Made by a program: the position numbers and the translations under genes
DNA from: Armatimonadota bacterium
GTDB lineage: Bacteria; Sysuimicrobiota; Sysuimicrobiia; Sysuimicrobiales; Sysuimicrobiaceae
Direction of reading: 5' to 3'
Length of the DNA stretch: 64,000 bases
Assembly (NCBI GenBank): GCA_025059775.1
Contig: JANXCW010000003.1
Location: 80,284 to 144,283 of the forward strand
Notes under the pieces: generated by a model
Database searches by the model: none
What the model was told of the DNA's origin: nothing
The model's input: only the letters and a program-made list of their open reading frames with translations
Shown: positions 1-8,016 of the stretch, one piece after another
How positions within the stretch are numbered: the stretch's first letter is position 1
Layout of the letters: each line of letters opens with the position of its first letter

Positions 1-1
1 A

Positions 2-292
2 AACGGATGGCGGACCTTCTGGGGTGTGGTGGCGCGGCTGGTGTGGCCCTCCGTGGCGGTGGGTTGGATCCTCAGCTTCGTGCTCATCGTGCGGGAGGTG
101 AGTGCCTCCATCATGCTGGCCGCTCCAGGGGCCCAGGTGCTCTCCGTGAGCATCGTGTACCTGTGGGGACAGGGAAGGCTGGAGGAGGTGTGTGTGGTGG
201 CGGTGCTCATGCTCGTGCCGGTTTTCCTCGGGAGGTACTTGGTGGGGCGACTGCAGCGGGCCGAGCTGCAGCGCGGGAGCGCCGGAGGATAG
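2..292 (+). CDS. ABC transporter permease, C-terminal fragment (5' end outside window)
   Basis: Frame-2 ORF ends TAG 290-292. Hydrophobic C-terminal segment typical of binding-protein-dependent permease tails. A strong RBS for the next gene follows immediately. Confidence 0.5.
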   Translation, partial: NGWRTFWGVVARLVWPSVAVGWILSFVLIVREVSASIMLAAPGAQVLSVSIVYLWGQGRLEEVCVVAVLMLVPVFLGRYLVGRLQRAELQRGSAGG

Positions 293-303
293 GAGGTGAG
301 GAG

Positions 304-1989
304 ATGCGCGGCACGGAGACGGGGCAGGTGAGGGCTGCGTACGCCTTGCTGGGGGTTCTGCGAGCCCGGGGCGTGCGGTTCCTCTTCGGCCTGCCGGGCA
401 GCACGGAGGCTGCGGTGCTGGATGCCCTGCGGGAGGTGCCGGACATCCGGTACGTGCTGGCCCTGCAGGAGGGGATCGCGGTGGCCATGGCGGACGGATA
501 CGCCCGGGCGAGTGGAGGTGTGAGCGTGGTGAACCTGCACACCACGGTGGGGACCCTGGGGGGCTTGAGCCTGCTGTACAACGCGTGGCGGGATCGGGTT
601 CCCGTGGTGGTCCTGGCGTGCCACAAGGACACCCGGATCTTGGGACGCGGCGGGTTCACCACGCTTCCGGACACCACGGCCCTGGTACGTCCCCTGACGA
701 AGTGGGCGCACCAGACCCTGAATCCGGAGCAGGTGGCGGAAGATGTGGAACGGGCCTTCCAGCAGGCCCTGGCCTGGCCTCGGGGCCCCGCGTACGTGAT
801 CGTGCCCGAGAACCTGCTCGCCGCGCCGGTCTCCGTGGATCCTCCACGTCCTGCGCCCCTTCCGTTCCCTTCCCGCCCGCACCCGGAGGCGGTACGGGAG
901 ATCGTGGGGCATCTGAGCCGGTCGGAGCGGGCCGTGCTCGTGGTGGGGACGGAGGTGGCGCGCCGGGGGGCGGTGGAGCACGCGGTGCAGCTCGCGCATG
1001 CGCTGGAACTTCCCGTCCTGTGGGAGTCGCGGCGCACCCTGCTCGAGCCCTCGTATCCCGTGGAGGATCCGCACTTCGTGGGGATCTACGATCCCAGGCA
1101 CCCCGCGGTGGCGGAAGCGGAGGTACTGCTGGTGGTGGGAGCGATCCTGTTCGTGGAGTTCGCCCCCGCTCCTGCTCAGGAGGTCCCGCCTCGGGCTTTC
1201 CTCATCCATGTGCACCCCGATGCCGGGGAACTGGGCCGTCTGTATCCGCCGAATCTGGCGGTCCAGGCGGACGTGGGGCTGCTGTTGCGGGACCTGGTGG
1301 AGGCGGGGCGTTTGGAACGCTCCTCCCTGGAGGACCGCAGGGCCTCCCGGAGGAGGTGGGTGGCGGAGTTGCGGGCCCGGTGGGAAGCGCAGCGGGCGGA
1401 GCAGCGCCGCCGGGAAGCCGGGATGCGGCCCCTCACGGCGTTCCAGGTGGGCGAGGTCCTAGGCCGGGTCCTCCCCCAGGAGGCGGTGGTGGTGGAGGAA
1501 GCCGTCCGCTCATGCTGGGCGTTTCTGGCGGGATTTCCCGTGCGCTTGGGCGGGCTGTTCCGGACAGCCGGGGGGTCGCTCGGGTGGGGAGTCCCGGCGG
1601 CCCTGGGGGCGCAGATGGCACTGGGGGATCGGCCGGTGGTGGCCGTGGTAGGGGACGGAAGCCTGCACTTCACTCCTCAAGCCCTGTGGACGGGGGTCCA
1701 GCAACGCCTACCGGTGCTGGTGGTGGTTCTCAACAACCGCAAATACCTCGCGGTGGAGGTCGGGGTCCGGGAGCTCCTGAGGACCTCGGAGTCCCTCCCT
1801 GGACTTCCCGGCATCGAGCTTCCGGGCCTCGATCATGCGACCGTGGCCCGGGGATACGGCGCGGGGGGGGTTCGAGTGGAGGAGCCGGGTACCCTCGGGG
1901 ATGTGGTGGGTGATGCCTTTCGGAAGGCCCGGGAGGAGGGACGGCCATACCTCGTGGACGTGCCCATCCGGGAGGAGTGGGGAAGGTAG
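304..1989 (+). CDS. Thiamine-pyrophosphate-dependent enzyme (acetolactate synthase large subunit / benzoylformate decarboxylase family)
   Basis: ATG 304 preceded by GGAGGATAGGAGGTGAGGAG. N-terminal TPP-enzyme Pyr domain (GLPGSTEAAVLDAL...), central domain and C-terminal GDGS..N TPP-binding motif (VVGDGSLHFT...VVVLNN). The 7..1989 ORF is an upstream extension of this frame. Confidence 0.85.
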   Translation: MRGTETGQVRAAYALLGVLRARGVRFLFGLPGSTEAAVLDALREVPDIRYVLALQEGIAVAMADGYARASGGVSVVNLHTTVGTLGGLSLLYNAWRDRVPVVVLACHKDTRILGRGGFTTLPDTTALVRPLTKWAHQTLNPEQVAEDVERAFQQALAWPRGPAYVIVPENLLAAPVSVDPPRPAPLPFPSRPHPEAVREIVGHLSRSERAVLVVGTEVARRGAVEHAVQLAHALELPVLWESRRTLLEPSYPVEDPHFVGIYDPRHPAVAEAEVLLVVGAILFVEFAPAPAQEVPPRAFLIHVHPDAGELGRLYPPNLAVQADVGLLLRDLVEAGRLERSSLEDRRASRRRWVAELRARWEAQRAEQRRREAGMRPLTAFQVGEVLGRVLPQEAVVVEEAVRSCWAFLAGFPVRLGGLFRTAGGSLGWGVPAALGAQMALGDRPVVAVVGDGSLHFTPQALWTGVQQRLPVLVVVLNNRKYLAVEVGVRELLRTSESLPGLPGIELPGLDHATVARGYGAGGVRVEEPGTLGDVVGDAFRKAREEGRPYLVDVPIREEWGR

Positions 1990-2385
1990 CGAATGGCTTG
2001 CCCTTCCCCGGACGGTGAACCGGAAAAGCCCCCTGGCCACGTATCCGTCATCCGCGGAGACCGCGACCCACCGGACCGTGTAGGTTCCCGGGGCCAGACG
2101 CCGCACCCGGACCATGAGACTCCGCCGATCCAGGTCCTCCAGGTCCACGCCACCCCGGGCAACTAGGCGTCCCCGCGGATCCAGGACCTCGATCCGACTC
2201 CTGGAGGGATCTAGCTCCTCGTTGAACCAGGCGCGGACCACGGAAGGGGGAATGAAGAGCACGGCCCCATTCTGAGGGGTCGACCCCACCAATCGGGCGT
2301 GGGCGGACAGCGGGAGATGGTAGACTCCCACCAGCAGCAGGAGGAAAAGAGCTCGTCCGATTCCCTTCCTGATCGGTTCGCTCAC
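1708..2385 (-). CDS. CopC-domain copper-binding protein with a low-complexity C-terminal extension
   Basis: GTG start overlaps the TGA of the upstream gene (GTGA). N-terminal hydrophobic signal, then CopC hallmarks (HARLVGSTPQNGAVL ... YTVRWVAVSADDGY..GLFRFTV). The last ~100 aa are P/G/R-rich and overlap the 3' end of the convergent TPP gene. Confidence 0.6.
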   Translation of the reverse strand: MSEPIRKGIGRALFLLLLVGVYHLPLSAHARLVGSTPQNGAVLFIPPSVVRAWFNEELDPSRSRIEVLDPRGRLVARGGVDLEDLDRRSLMVRVRRLAPGTYTVRWVAVSADDGYVARGLFRFTVRGRASHSLPSPLLPDGHVHEVWPSLLPGLPKGITHHIPEGTRLLHSNPPRAVSPGHGRMIEARKLDAGKSREGLRGPQELPDPDLHREVFAVVENHHQHR

Positions 2386-4235
2386 GGGGACAGCAGCAGG
2401 AGGGCGTCGCTCACGGGGCGCTCTCCCGTCTCATCGGATGGCCGGTTCCACACCCGGCCGTGGACCACGAGGGTGGTGGAGCCGCCGCCATCGAGGTTCA
2501 AGGCTTCTACGGCACCCAACCGCCGCATCTCCGCGGCGAGCTCTGGAATGGTCATCCCCAGGCTGTGCTCGGGGGCGCGCCCGTCCACCACGAGGAGGAT
2601 CACGGTACCGTCCGGATCCACCCCGATCGCGGTCCGCGGATGCCTCCGGTAGAGGAACGCCTCCGGAAACCCTTCCGGATCCGGTACCGGTTGGCCCCGT
2701 CTCAGCAGCCTCGGACCTCCGCACAGGATGTCCCGTACCTGTTGCCAGCGGGGATCTCCGGAGGAGGGCTCCGCGCGAATCCGCACGTGCACGGGATCCC
2801 CGACTCGGAGTCTGGCGAGCAACGCCCCGGGAGCCCCGTGACCGGAGAGGACAAATCCGTCAGGGGGGACCCAGGCCGGCGGCGCCTCTCGGACCTCCTG
2901 GACCATCCCCCCAGAAACCACCACCTCCACACCCCTCACCTGGACCCGGGGGGTTCCGCCGAACCGGGGGGTAAACAGCACCACCTCACCGGATCCCCGC
3001 GTGCGGTTGAGTCCTTGGATCGGGATGGTTGCCCAAGCGGTCACCGCTTCCGCCCTCCACTCCAGCGTGTCGAACACCACCTCCTGCGTGTCCGTGATCC
3101 CGAGGCACGAACGGCCGGGGAGGGGTTCGCTCGCCCATTCCCTTTGGATCATCACCCCTCCCACCGGATCTCCCTCCGGAGCGAAGTACCCGCCGTTCAC
3201 CGCGGCCACGGCTCCGGATCGCTGCGCGATGGCGGAGGTTCGCTCCCGCCCCATTACCCGGTCCTGGGCAAGGGCCACCCGAAGCCTTCCGCTTCCCCTC
3301 GTGATCCGGAGGGTGGCCGTCCACTGGGGTCCGGGCAGGGAGTCGAAGTCACGCAGGGTGGAGATGACCCACGTAGGATAGCCTTCCTCCGCGAGACGGG
3401 TACGAAGGAATTCCGCCTCCACCCGGCTCCCAAACGACCCCACCCGCACCTTCGCGAGCCCGTCGAGGAGGTCCACGAAAACGGGAAGTCCCCGCTTCCG
3501 GATCTCCTGGGCCAGACGGTGAGCGTTCTGGAGGGACGCAAAAGCCCCCACCTGCACCCGCCAGACGGGCAGCGTCCGCAACGCTCCCCGTTTCTCCACC
3601 GTCAGCAGCACGCCGGGGCGAAGGAGGTGCAGTACGCGCAGACGGGTGCCGTTCTCCAGGGCCTGGAGTAGGGTCCAGATCAGGAAGGCTCCTTCCGTCC
3701 GGCTGACGTGGGCCAGGGGGCGGAACCTGCGGGAGGAGGGGTCTGGGAGGAGGGAGGGACGGCTGAGGAGGGCTACCGCTACTGCTCCTCGGTAGGAGGG
3801 AGAGATCCGATCGAGATCCTCGAACGGGAGCGGATGGTCCGCGAGGGCGGCGGCCTCCCACGCGTGTCCCAGGGCCCGCACCGTCCACAGGATCGCGTCC
3901 TGTCGGGTAAGGGGGGCGTGCGGCCGGAACAGCCCCTGCACGTTGAGGATTCCGTGAGCCAGGGCCGCGTGCACGAAGGGCGCCATCTCCCGAGGCACGT
4001 CCGGGAGCGGTGTGCGGACTCCGGAATCCAGCGGCAGGCCCTTCGCGCGCACCAGCCACCGCACGTACTCTCCCCGCAGCACGGGGCGGAGGTGCTTCTC
4101 CTCGGCGGATTCCAGAATCCCGCGCTCCGCGAGGAGGGCCAGAGGATCCCCGGTCCGGAGGGATTTCTCCGTCGGCCCCGGGAAGGAACCCGTCCCAAGC
4201 GCAATGGCCAACGCGAGCGCCACGGGAATCCGCAT
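2382..4235 (-). CDS. SLH-domain / SPOR-domain phosphodiester glycosidase family protein (cell-wall anchored)
   Basis: Signal peptide, three SLH-like repeats (..FVHAALAHGILNVQGLFRPHAPLTRQDAILW..; FEDLDRISPSYRGAVAVALL), a SPOR-like segment (RVQVGAFASLQNAHRLAQEIRKRGLPVFV..VRVGSFGSRVEAEFLR) and a C-terminal phosphodiester-glycosidase/NAGPA motif (ALNLDGGGSTTLVV). Confidence 0.8.
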   Translation of the reverse strand: MRIPVALALAIALGTGSFPGPTEKSLRTGDPLALLAERGILESAEEKHLRPVLRGEYVRWLVRAKGLPLDSGVRTPLPDVPREMAPFVHAALAHGILNVQGLFRPHAPLTRQDAILWTVRALGHAWEAAALADHPLPFEDLDRISPSYRGAVAVALLSRPSLLPDPSSRRFRPLAHVSRTEGAFLIWTLLQALENGTRLRVLHLLRPGVLLTVEKRGALRTLPVWRVQVGAFASLQNAHRLAQEIRKRGLPVFVDLLDGLAKVRVGSFGSRVEAEFLRTRLAEEGYPTWVISTLRDFDSLPGPQWTATLRITRGSGRLRVALAQDRVMGRERTSAIAQRSGAVAAVNGGYFAPEGDPVGGVMIQREWASEPLPGRSCLGITDTQEVVFDTLEWRAEAVTAWATIPIQGLNRTRGSGEVVLFTPRFGGTPRVQVRGVEVVVSGGMVQEVREAPPAWVPPDGFVLSGHGAPGALLARLRVGDPVHVRIRAEPSSGDPRWQQVRDILCGGPRLLRRGQPVPDPEGFPEAFLYRRHPRTAIGVDPDGTVILLVVDGRAPEHSLGMTIPELAAEMRRLGAVEALNLDGGGSTTLVVHGRVWNRPSDETGERPVSDALLLLSP

Positions 4236-4239
4236 CAGG

Positions 4240-4815
4240 CTAACGGAGCTCCAGGGACTCTACGCGAAGTTCAAGTTCCTCGAGTACAACGCGGAGTTCG
4301 TAGTGGCCTATGGGAACCTGGGAGAAGGCGAACTGCCCGAGGTCGTCCAGGGGAGCCGAGAAGGAGAACGAGGCCGAGGAGAGGATCACCTCTCCTCGAG
4401 GAGGGGTCCTGTACCCTCCGAGGATTCCGAACACGGATCTGCAAGCGGGATCTCGGGGGTCTCCGGCCACCTCCAGGGTGAGCGTGTATCCCTCTTCCGC
4501 GTATGCGGCTCGGGAGGGGGACGTTTCTCCCCGGAAGGCGAAGGCAGGGGGAAGGGAGGGGATCGGGCGAAGCAGAAGGATTCGACGCCCGAGCTGGGGG
4601 ACGCCCGTTGCCAACAGAGCGTCCAGCCACCGGAGCTCCTCCCGGCAGTAGGGGCAGACGGTCAGGTGGTCCGGGATCTCCGGAGCCTCAAGGAGGCCGA
4701 GACGCCACTCCCCCAACCGCTCCGGGGGAGGGCAGTGGAGACGGTACAGCCGTCGGTGGAGGGTGTCCTCCAGGGGATCCGGGGGGTGGGCAGGTTGCGC
4801 CGGACGCTCCGACAT
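4240..4815 (-). CDS. Putative zinc-finger (zf-HC2 / ZAS-type) anti-sigma-factor-like protein
   Basis: ATG at 4815..4813, 4 nt upstream of the SLH gene start. Contains the H-x3-C-x2-C motif (DHLTVCPYCREELRWL) characteristic of zinc-binding anti-sigma factors. The rest has no recognisable domain. Confidence 0.55.
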   Translation of the reverse strand: MSERPAQPAHPPDPLEDTLHRRLYRLHCPPPERLGEWRLGLLEAPEIPDHLTVCPYCREELRWLDALLATGVPQLGRRILLLRPIPSLPPAFAFRGETSPSRAAYAEEGYTLTLEVAGDPRDPACRSVFGILGGYRTPPRGEVILSSASFSFSAPLDDLGQFAFSQVPIGHYELRVVLEELELRVESLELR

Positions 4816-4941
4816 AAATCCCCCAATCGAGACAAATGGTTTTCGATTGCCTATTCGAACTCAATGAGCGGGATCCTGCGAACCTGGCAAGGAAGTTGCT
4901 GGAATTCCGACAGCGGATCTGGAAAACATTTGATCGCATTA

Positions 4942-4962
4942 TTGCACGGTTTAACCGTGCAA
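4942..4962. promoter_or_regulatory. 21-bp near-perfect palindrome TTGCACGGTT-T-AACCGTGCAA (candidate operator)
   Basis: Seen directly in an AT-rich divergent intergenic region between the minus-strand operon (start 4815) and the XRE regulator gene. 10-bp arms around one central base. Confidence 0.45.
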
Positions 4963-5008
4963 ATTTCTCGGTCTAATTCGATGTACTGTCAGGTAAAGTT
5001 AGCCATTT

Positions 5009-5017
5009 TGATAGAAT
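5009..5017 (+). promoter_or_regulatory. Extended -10-like element TGATAGAAT upstream of the XRE regulator gene
   Basis: TG-n-TAGAAT lies ~20 nt upstream of the GAGGAGGGG RBS. No good -35 is seen. The AT-rich context fits a promoter. Confidence 0.3.
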
Positions 5018-5037
5018 AGATCGTGAGGAGGGGATGG

Positions 5038-5607
5038 ATGGGCCGGCTGGTGGCGGAGGTTCTGCGCACGTTCGGATTACGGGTTTACGAGGCCCGCACG
5101 GCCGCGGGGCTCTCGCAGCGGGCGCTGGCGAGGCTGCTGGGCTTGCGGAGCGCGGTAGCGGTGGGAGACTGGGAACGGGGTAAGGCCTTCCCCAAGTTCC
5201 TCACCTTCCTTCGCTTGTGTGAGGTCCTCAACCGGCCCCCGGCGTATTTTCTGGAGGGCTATACGGAAGCCCCCGCTCAGGAGGGGACCGTGGAGGCGCT
5301 GGAGCGCCTGGAGGCGAAGCTGCACCAGCGTCATCTGGAGCTCCTCCACCGGCTGGAGCAGTTGCCCGCGGAAATCAGTGGGTGCATACCTCCCGACGAA
5401 ATCCTCTCCTTCCTGCAGAAGATGGACTTCGAGCGGGATGTGCTCCCACACCTCCCCCTCGACCTCCGCGCCGCCCTTCGGGCCCGGAAGCTTCCCCCCG
5501 AATTCGAGGAGGCCGCTTACAGCATCGCCCGCAACGCCGCCTGGCATGCCTGGGAGGTGACCCGTGAGGAGGTTCGGGATTGGGTCCGGAAGCGGAGAAG
5601 GGTCTGA
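5038..5607 (+). CDS. XRE-family helix-turn-helix transcriptional regulator with uncharacterised C-terminal domain
   Basis: ATG 5038 after GAGGAGGGG. N-terminal HTH_XRE signature (RTAAGLSQRALARLLGLRSAVAVGDWERGKAFPKFLTFLRLCEVL). A GTG at 5023 is possible but has a worse RBS. Confidence 0.75.
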   Translation: MGRLVAEVLRTFGLRVYEARTAAGLSQRALARLLGLRSAVAVGDWERGKAFPKFLTFLRLCEVLNRPPAYFLEGYTEAPAQEGTVEALERLEAKLHQRHLELLHRLEQLPAEISGCIPPDEILSFLQKMDFERDVLPHLPLDLRAALRARKLPPEFEEAAYSIARNAAWHAWEVTREEVRDWVRKRRRV

Positions 5608-5697
5608 AAACCGTCAGCGGCTGCGCTTCCAAAGTGACCTCGGTCGGTTCCCCGGCCTCGACCCCTCTGGATCGCTTGCCGCTGACGGTTTTCTTTT
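5607..5697 (+). terminator. Long stem (15 bp) with structured loop and U-tract, candidate terminator for the XRE gene
   Basis: AAAACCGTCAGCGGC (5607-5621) pairs with GCCGCTGACGGTTTT (5678-5692) and is followed by CTTTT. The loop contains an internal GGTCGG/CCGGCC hairpin. Lies between convergent genes. Confidence 0.35.
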
Positions 5698-5700
5698 ACC

Positions 5701-5743
5701 ACGGATTTAAAGCAAAAAGCAATGGGGAACATATGTTCCCCAT
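5701..5743 (-). terminator. Rho-independent terminator of the minus-strand DUF402 gene
   Basis: 22-nt perfect palindrome ATGGGGAACATATGTTCCCCAT (5722-5743) directly after the DUF402 stop (5745-5747). On the minus strand it is followed by UGCUUUUUGCUUUAAAU. Confidence 0.55.
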
Positions 5744-5744
5744 C

Positions 5745-6239
5745 TCACCAGGCCCCCCTCTCTGCGGCGGAGAGCAGGCGGTGGGTGGCGGCGGTCACCT
5801 CCTTCACGATGGAGGGCCAGCGAGCAAGGATCTCCGCAAGCGCCTGCTGCGCCTGGACCCTCAGGGTTTCCGGGAGGGATCCCATCTCCTCCTCGTCCAG
5901 CACCTTCGGCTGTGCATTGGGCAGAACAAGCACGTCGGCTGCCAGGTCGAGCCAGGCGATCCGATCCGCCTCCAGCCGTACCTCCCCGCTCAGATTGATG
6001 TACCACCCCAGGGTTTCCCCGTGCGGTGTGACCCAGTGGTACACGTTGTACGGACGGTCCACCCAGAAATGGCCATAGGTGACCGTGCCGGGATCCAAGG
6101 ATAGGTCGTCCACCCGCCAGGGGTGCGTGATCACGTAACGGAGCACCACGCGGTCTGCGTCCCGGAGGAGGAGTTCGCACGGGAACACCTCCTCGCGGCC
6201 GTCCGGTCGCCGTTTGATCTCCAGGAACAGGACCCCCAT
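5745..6239 (-). CDS. DUF402-family protein (nucleoside di/triphosphatase-like fold)
   Basis: ORF 5745..6419, but the conserved part starts at the internal ATG at 6239 (MGVLFLEIKRRPDGREEVFP...). The upstream 60 codons are S/R/P-rich read-through, so I prefer the 6239 start. DUF402-like core (YGHFWVDRPYNVYHWVTPHGETLGWYINL). Confidence 0.65.
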   Translation of the reverse strand: MGVLFLEIKRRPDGREEVFPCELLLRDADRVVLRYVITHPWRVDDLSLDPGTVTYGHFWVDRPYNVYHWVTPHGETLGWYINLSGEVRLEADRIAWLDLAADVLVLPNAQPKVLDEEEMGSLPETLRVQAQQALAEILARWPSIVKEVTAATHRLLSAAERGAW

Positions 6240-6381
6240 GGCGCCGATCCCAGGGTCCCTTCGACGTCTCCTGCTCGAACTCCTAGTACAATGGGGGTAC
6301 CCGGAACGGTCTTGGGGCCTTTGGGGAACCCCGGGGCTTACCGGAGACGGCAGGGAAGGGATTCCTGAGCGGGAGTGCACG

Positions 6382-6945
6382 ATGAACATCGTCCTCACGG
6401 CCAAGAACGTGACGCTCAACGAGCATCTGCGCCAGTATGCAACGAAGAAAATCGAACGGCTGGCCCGGTTCTTTGACCACGTTCAGGAGGCAAAGGTGGT
6501 CCTCCGGACCAGCCGGGATCGCAACCAGGGACGCGAATCCCTCGTGGAGGTCACGGTGTACGGAGACGGTTTTGTGCTGCGGGGGGAGGAGGCCGCGCCG
6601 GACTTCTTCGCGGCCGTGGACCTGGTGTCCGAAAAACTGGAGCGGCAGATCCAGAAGGTACGGGACCGCTGGATCCACAAGCGCCGTCTGGACGAGGCCC
6701 GCCGGCGGCGCCAGGAGGAGGTGGAGGCGGAGGAGGCGCGAAGGGCCGAGGAGTTCCCGGAACCCCTTCCGCAGATCGTGCGCCGCAAGCAGCTCACCAC
6801 CAAACCCATGACGGAAGAGGAGGCCACCGTCCAGATGGAGCTGCTGGGCCACAGCTTCTTCGTGTACCGGGACGCGGACACGGGACACGTTCGGGTGCTG
6901 TACCGTCGGCGGGACGGGCAGCTGGGCCTCCTCGAGGTGGAATGA
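6382..6945 (+). CDS. hpf: Ribosome hibernation-promoting factor, long form
   Basis: MNIVLTAKNVTLNEHLRQYATKKIERLARFFDHVQEAKVVLRTS... (RaiA/HPF N-domain) plus the C-terminal dimerisation domain of long HPFs (TEEEATVQMELLGHSFFVYRDADTGHVRVLYRRRDGQLGLLE). GGGAG RBS 6 nt upstream. Confidence 0.9.
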   Translation: MNIVLTAKNVTLNEHLRQYATKKIERLARFFDHVQEAKVVLRTSRDRNQGRESLVEVTVYGDGFVLRGEEAAPDFFAAVDLVSEKLERQIQKVRDRWIHKRRLDEARRRRQEEVEAEEARRAEEFPEPLPQIVRRKQLTTKPMTEEEATVQMELLGHSFFVYRDADTGHVRVLYRRRDGQLGLLEVE

Positions 6946-7967
6946 GGCGGGTGGCGTGGGCCTGCGCATGGGCCGCGCTCCTCGCGGGGTGCGCGGTCCG
7001 GCCCGATCTCTCCCGCCTGCCTCCCCTGCGCCTGCGGGCGCCGGGGGATATGGTCCGGCAGGTGAAGCCGGGCTACACCCTCTCCGGGAGTCTAGTGACC
7101 GCCTGTGCCCCCACCCACGACGGACGGCTGGTGGGGGTGGTCGTGGACAACGACCCGCGCGCCCGGCCGCAGAGCGGACTGAGCTTCGCGTGCCTCCTCT
7201 ACGAGATCCCTACGGAGGCTCGGATTCCCCGCTTCCTCGCGGTGTTCAACGGCCAGGAACCGGCCCGTGTGGGACCCGTGCGCAGCGTGCGGCCCGCGTT
7301 CCTGGAGATCGCCCAGGAGCTGGATGCCGTGGTGGCCCACGCAGGGCAGAGCCTCCCCGCCTTCCAGTGGATCCGCGCCCACCGTTACCCCGTGGTCAAC
7401 GAGTTCTGGACTCCGCAGCCATTCTGGCGCAGCCGGGACCGGCGCATGCCCCACAACCTCTACGGAGCCGTTCCCCGGATCCGGGAGGTCATGCGGCGTC
7501 GGGGCTATGACCGTCCTCCCGTGCTTCCGCGGCCCGCTGCCCTCACCTACACGGAGCCTTACGGTCCCGCCGCGGGTCACATCCGGATCGGGGTTATGAA
7601 GGGGTTCCAGGCCGAGTTCGTCTACCAGGACGGCCGCTACCTCCGGACCACCGCGGGCCGGCCACATCTCGATGCCCTCACCGGGGCGCCGGTGTGGGCT
7701 CGGGCCGTGTTGGTCCAGTTCGTCACGTGGCGGGGGGGGCGGTCGGGGAGGGTGGACGTCTCGGAAGTCGGGGTGGTGGGACAGGGGAGGGCCCTGATCT
7801 TTGCCTACGGACGCGCGGTGGAGGGTCGATGGGAGAGAGCCTCCGAGGAAACTCCTACGGCGTTCACGGATTCCCAGGGCCGGGGCCTGTTGCTCCCGTC
7901 CGGCCCTCTCTGGGTGGTCCTTGTACCCCTCGGCACTCCGGTCACGTACGTCCCGAGAGGGCTCTGA
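6942..7967 (+). CDS. DUF3048-domain lipoprotein (YerB-like)
   Basis: ATGA overlap with the hpf stop. Lipobox LLAGC after a signal peptide. Body resembles DUF3048 proteins (..[36 protein letters not shown]..). Confidence 0.65.
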   Translation: MRRVAWACAWAALLAGCAVRPDLSRLPPLRLRAPGDMVRQVKPGYTLSGSLVTACAPTHDGRLVGVVVDNDPRARPQSGLSFACLLYEIPTEARIPRFLAVFNGQEPARVGPVRSVRPAFLEIAQELDAVVAHAGQSLPAFQWIRAHRYPVVNEFWTPQPFWRSRDRRMPHNLYGAVPRIREVMRRRGYDRPPVLPRPAALTYTEPYGPAAGHIRIGVMKGFQAEFVYQDGRYLRTTAGRPHLDALTGAPVWARAVLVQFVTWRGGRSGRVDVSEVGVVGQGRALIFAYGRAVEGRWERASEETPTAFTDSQGRGLLLPSGPLWVVLVPLGTPVTYVPRGL

Positions 7968-8016
7968 CGGAACCCCCGGCCTCATCCGGCGGTTTATACT
8001 GAAAGGGAGTGAGCCC

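Noticed and set aside
585-1913. 442-aa Gly-rich ORF in another frame inside the TPP gene
   Set aside because: GGC/GGG repeat translation of an alternative frame. No domain. Embedded in a well-supported gene.
7-1989. 660-aa ORF starting at position 7
   Set aside because: The first ~100 codons are an upstream extension of the TPP-enzyme frame overlapping the preceding permease gene. The true start is ATG 304 behind a strong RBS.
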